DNA of 64,000 nt. Source: Eledone cirrhosa. Lineage: Eukaryota. Positions 59,230 to 64,000 of this stretch are shown piece by piece; within the stretch, counting starts at the first letter, position 1; each line of letters opens with the position of its first letter. The notes under the pieces were generated by a model. That model saw only the letters and a program-made list of their open reading frames with translations. It searched no databases and had not been told where the DNA came from. Both the position numbers and the translations under genes were made by a program. The stretch is from assembly GCA_964016885.1 (NCBI GenBank), contig OZ024762.1:21948001-22012000 (forward strand), given 5' to 3'.

Positions 59230-60212
59230 TGAGTAAAGGTCTGCTTACATTATGAAGTTGGGTGTGGGGTCCTCAGTTATCCGTAGGACATGACCAGTCC
59301 ATCTGAGCTGGAATTGCATCAGAAATGACCCAGTCCTACTGATGTTGTATCTCCTGAAGAGATCGGCATTGGAGAGTCTGCCAGAAAGTGCATAACCAGA
59401 GATAGAGCGAAGACAATGACTGTAGAAGACATCAAGCCTTTAAATGTGTGTACGATAAAGTGTCATGGCTACGAGCCGAGCCATATTTAGAAATGGGATT
59501 GACGATCTCATCATCCAGGGATGCGGAGCTTCTCACCTTGATGCCAAGCTTAGTAAAGGAGTTCGCATACTTCAGATCCTTGTCATCAACAGTGATGGGA
59601 ACATTGGAATACTCGTGGCCAGGCTGTCTTTGCCCAACATCTTCTTGTTTGGTGGTGATTGGCTTCGCTTGTTTGGTGGTGATTGGCTTCGCTTGTCTGG
59701 TGGTGATTGACCTCGCTTGTCTGGTGGTGATTGGCCTTGCTTCATGTAACACCTCAGTCTTCTTAATGTTGATTGTTAAACCAAATGCTTTGCAGGCAAG
59801 CGAGAAACGGTTAATCAGTTCTTGTGCCTCATCAAGGGAGGTTGTAACAAGTGCAGCAGCAGCAACAAACAGTAAATCACGATTAACACTTCTTCATGTA
59901 AGTGTTTTAGTCTTAAATCACTGATGATTGAATAACCCACCTGATGTGCGGAATTCAAATCTGACATCAGTGTCTAAGTCACCAAATTCACACCGGAGCA
60001 TTTCAGAGAAGAAGAAAGCAAAGCAAACAGGATACATAACACAACCCTGCTTCGTGACGTTTGTCACACCAAATGTCTCAGAGCAAACACCATTTGACAT
60101 AATTGATGCTCTCATGTCCCCGTGAGAGGACATGATAACTTTGAACATATTGTCATGCATGCCAAGTTTTTTTAGGGTTTTCCAGAGAGTTTTGCGATTG
60201 ACAGTATCAATC
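59230..60212 (-). mobile_element. Degenerate RTE (BovB-like) LINE RT region
   Basis: DTVNRKTLWKTLKKLG...SETFGVTNVTKQGCV...VRFEFRTSGGLFN...RDLLFA...AQELINRFSLACKAFGLTINIKKTEVL...LDDEIVN...QFQLRWTGHVLR, with stops and frameshifts and a 24-bp x 4 tandem insert at about 59644-59742. Confidence 0.9.
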
Positions 60213-60867
60213 CACTTTTATCAACATTTCAGAAAAGTGTGCGTGATCTAGCATACGTCTTCACCCCTATAAGCAATCTATTTGTGTGGTTAGCTCAACA
60301 GATCTACCAGTTCTATTTGATATCCTATCATTAACACAAAAACCCACTGGCCTCAGAGCAAAAGTGGCGGGGACATATAAAGGATATTACAGGAAGTCCT
60401 TAGGTGGAGTTCGATGCAGTGGCAGCCATTAGGTGGTGGCCACGCATGCACAAATGTGAGAAATTGGGTCGTTCGAGGCGAAATATATTCGTGAATGTCT
60501 CCAGGAACGAAAAATAAACTACTGTGACTATTTCTAGTCTCTCTGACCTTCCATACTTTCCACTGAATTATCTCCCATTTTTAGACATCTTTCATTTATC
60601 ATAGACGAGGGGGGCCATATTTCGTGTTTGTCAAGCCATAACGCTAGATGTCTTCCCTTTGGTGTTGTCTTCCTTCATACCTCGTCTTTATTCCAGTTTA
60701 ATAACTGACTTCGTTATTCAAGAAAGTTTCCATCCTTTATTTTCCAGTTAATTCGTCTCAGGTATTGCTGTATTTTCTTATTTCTCTCCTGTAAATTGTC
60801 TAATGTAATTTAAATATTACGTTCCGTTCTGTTTGTTTTTAATCTCTGGACATTGACGAATATATTT

Positions 60868-61034
60868 CAGGCCTGCAAACCTCTAATATCCCAGCGGAGA
60901 GTACCATGAACAAAAGTTCCCCTCAAATGAGAAGAAATGAGGCAAAATGGGAAGATTTTACATGATGAAAGCTGTACCCATTTTTACAAGGGAAGACATC
61001 TCCCCGTTCGATGGGGGGAGGGTTGACAGGTCTG
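60868..61034. mobile_element. About 165-bp MITE-like element
   Basis: Imperfect TIRs caggcctgcaaacc / ggttgacaggtctg. The body aligns with 51208-51374. The TSD is not clear. Confidence 0.65.
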
Positions 61035-61288
61035 CTATTTTGACTCGTAATTCGCCTTTTCTCTTGTCTAATTCTGAACCGCCGTTGGGGTAATTTTTCC
61101 AGTGGTTGGGATATATTCTGAGCATTGGTAGTTACCATCCTAAATAACTCGGATTTCCTTTAATAACTGTGATCTTTGGACATGCATACTCAGAACAGAA
61201 GACTGAAGATAGGAAATTGTTTGTATTGTCAAATTCTATTTACTGAATTTTCTGACACTACACACTACTTCTTCTAAGCTTGTTTGTT

Positions 61289-61321
61289 TATATATATATA
61301 TATATATATATATGTAATATG

Positions 61322-61376
<55 letters not shown>

Positions 61377-61441
61377 ATATATATGTATGTATATATATAT
61401 GTATGTATATATATATGTATGTATATATATATATATGTATG

Positions 61442-61476
<35 letters not shown>

Positions 61477-62355
61477 GTATGTATATATGTATGTATGTAT
61501 ATATATATGTATGTATATATGTATGTATATATATATGTATATGTATATATATATATATGTATGTATGTATGTATATGTATGTATGTATGTATATATATAT
61601 GTATGTATGTATGTATATATATGTATGTATGTATATATGTATGTATGTATATATATATATGTATGTATATATATATGTATATATATATATGTATGTATAT
61701 ATATATATGTATGTATATATATATGTATGTATATATATATGTATGTATATATATACGTATGTATATATATATGTATGTATATATGTATGTATGTATATAT
61801 GTATGTATGTATATATGTATGTATGTATATATATATGTATGTATGTATATATGTATGTATGTATGTATGTGTATGTATGTGTGTGTATGTATGTATATAT
61901 ATATATGTATGTATATATATATATATGTATATATATGTGTATGTATGTATATATATATATATATGTATGTATATATATATATGTATGTATGTATATATTT
62001 ATGTATGTATGTATATATATATATATGTATGTATATATATATATGTATGTATATATATATATGTATGTATATATATATATGTATGTATATATATATATGT
62101 ATGTATGTATATATATATATATGTATGTATATATATATATATATATGTATGTATATATATATATATATATGTATGTATATATATATATATATGTATGTAT
62201 ATATATATGTATGTATATATATATATATATGTATGTATATATATATGTATGTATATATATATATATATGTATGTATATATATATGTATGTATATGTATAT
62301 ATATATGTATGTATATATATATATATATGTATGTATATATATATATATATGTATG

Positions 62356-62387
<32 letters not shown>

Positions 62388-62534
62388 TGTATATATATAT
62401 GTATGTATATATATATGTATGTATATATATATGTATGTATATATATATGTATGTATATATATATGTATGTATATATATATGTATGTATGTATGTATATAT
62501 ATATGTATGTATGTATATATATGTATTATGTATG

Positions 62535-62567
<33 letters not shown>

Positions 62568-63697
62568 GTATATATATATGTATGTATATGTATGTATATA
62601 TATATGTATGTATGTATATATATATGTATGTATGTATATATATATGTATGTATGTGTATATATATATGTATGTATGTATATATGTATGTATGTGTATATA
62701 TATATGTATGTGTATATATATATGTATGTATGTATATATATATGTATGTATGTATATATATGTATGTATGTATGTATGTATATATATATATGTATGTATA
62801 TATGTATGTATATATGTATGTATGTATGTATATATGTATGTATATATGTATGTATATATGTATGTATGTATATATGTATGTATGTATATATATATATATA
62901 TGTATGTATGTATATATATATGTATGTATATATATATGTATGTATATATATATGTATGTATATATATATGTATGTATGTATGTATATATATATGTATGTA
63001 TGTATGTATATATATATATATGTATGTATGTATATATATATATATGTATGTATGTATATATATATATATGTATGTATGTATATATATATATATGTATGTA
63101 TATGTATGTATATATATATGTATGTATATATATATGTATGTATGTATATATGTATGTATGTATGTATATATATATATATATGTATGTATATGTATGTATA
63201 TATTATGTATGTATATGTATGTATATATTATATATATATATGTATGTATATATTATATATATATATGTATGTATATATATATATATATGTATGTATATAT
63301 ATATATATGTATGTATATATTATATATATATATGTATGTATATATATATATATGTATGTATATATTATATATATATATGTATGTATATATATATATATGT
63401 ATATATATATATGTATGTATATATATATATATGTATGTATATATATATGTATGTATATATATATATATGTATGTATATATATATGTATGTATATATATAT
63501 ATATGTATGTATATATATATGTATGTATATATATATGTATGTATATATATATGTATGTATATATATATGTATGTATATATATATGTATGTATATATATAT
63601 ATATGTATGTATGTATATATATATGTATGTATGTATGTATATATATATGTATATATATATATATGTATATATATATGTATGTATGTATATATATATG

Positions 63698-63728
<31 letters not shown>

Positions 63729-63905
63729 GTATGTATATATATATATGTATGTATATATATATATGTATGTATATATATATGTATGTATATATATGTATAT
63801 GTATATATATGTATATATATATATATGTATGTATATATATATATATGTATGTATATATATATATATGTTTGTATATATATATATGTATGTATAATATATG
63901 ATATG

Positions 63906-63936
<31 letters not shown>

Positions 63937-63959
63937 GTATGTGTATATATATATATATG

Positions 63960-64000
<41 letters not shown>
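61289..64000. repeat. (TATG)n/(TA)n compound satellite, over 2.7 kb
   Basis: Low-complexity array running off the window end. Confidence 0.98.

Overview
This is AT-rich metazoan genomic DNA, most likely from an octopod cephalopod judging by its repeat content. It contains one real host gene, an intronless FoxB forkhead transcription factor ORF (5503-6525, +), inside an otherwise gene-empty region. Most of the window is (TA)n-derived microsatellite and higher-order satellite, at least three tRNA-derived SINE families, fragments of non-LTR retrotransposons (CR1/L2-like, RTE, RTEX, Tx1-like, R4/Dong-like), a mariner remnant and a small TIR element. Nearly all long ORFs in the track are microsatellite artefacts. 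The most unusual signal is a set of roughly 20 short (80-450 bp) non-coding inserts sitting in (TA)n tracts. They fall into several unrelated families, most form fold-back palindromes with a one-sided tail, and many carry type I hammerhead ribozyme motifs (CTGANGA...GAAA...TH), some with covarying stems. This architecture fits non-autonomous, microsatellite-targeting derivatives of Penelope-like elements. All calls were made by eye without database searches or folding software.
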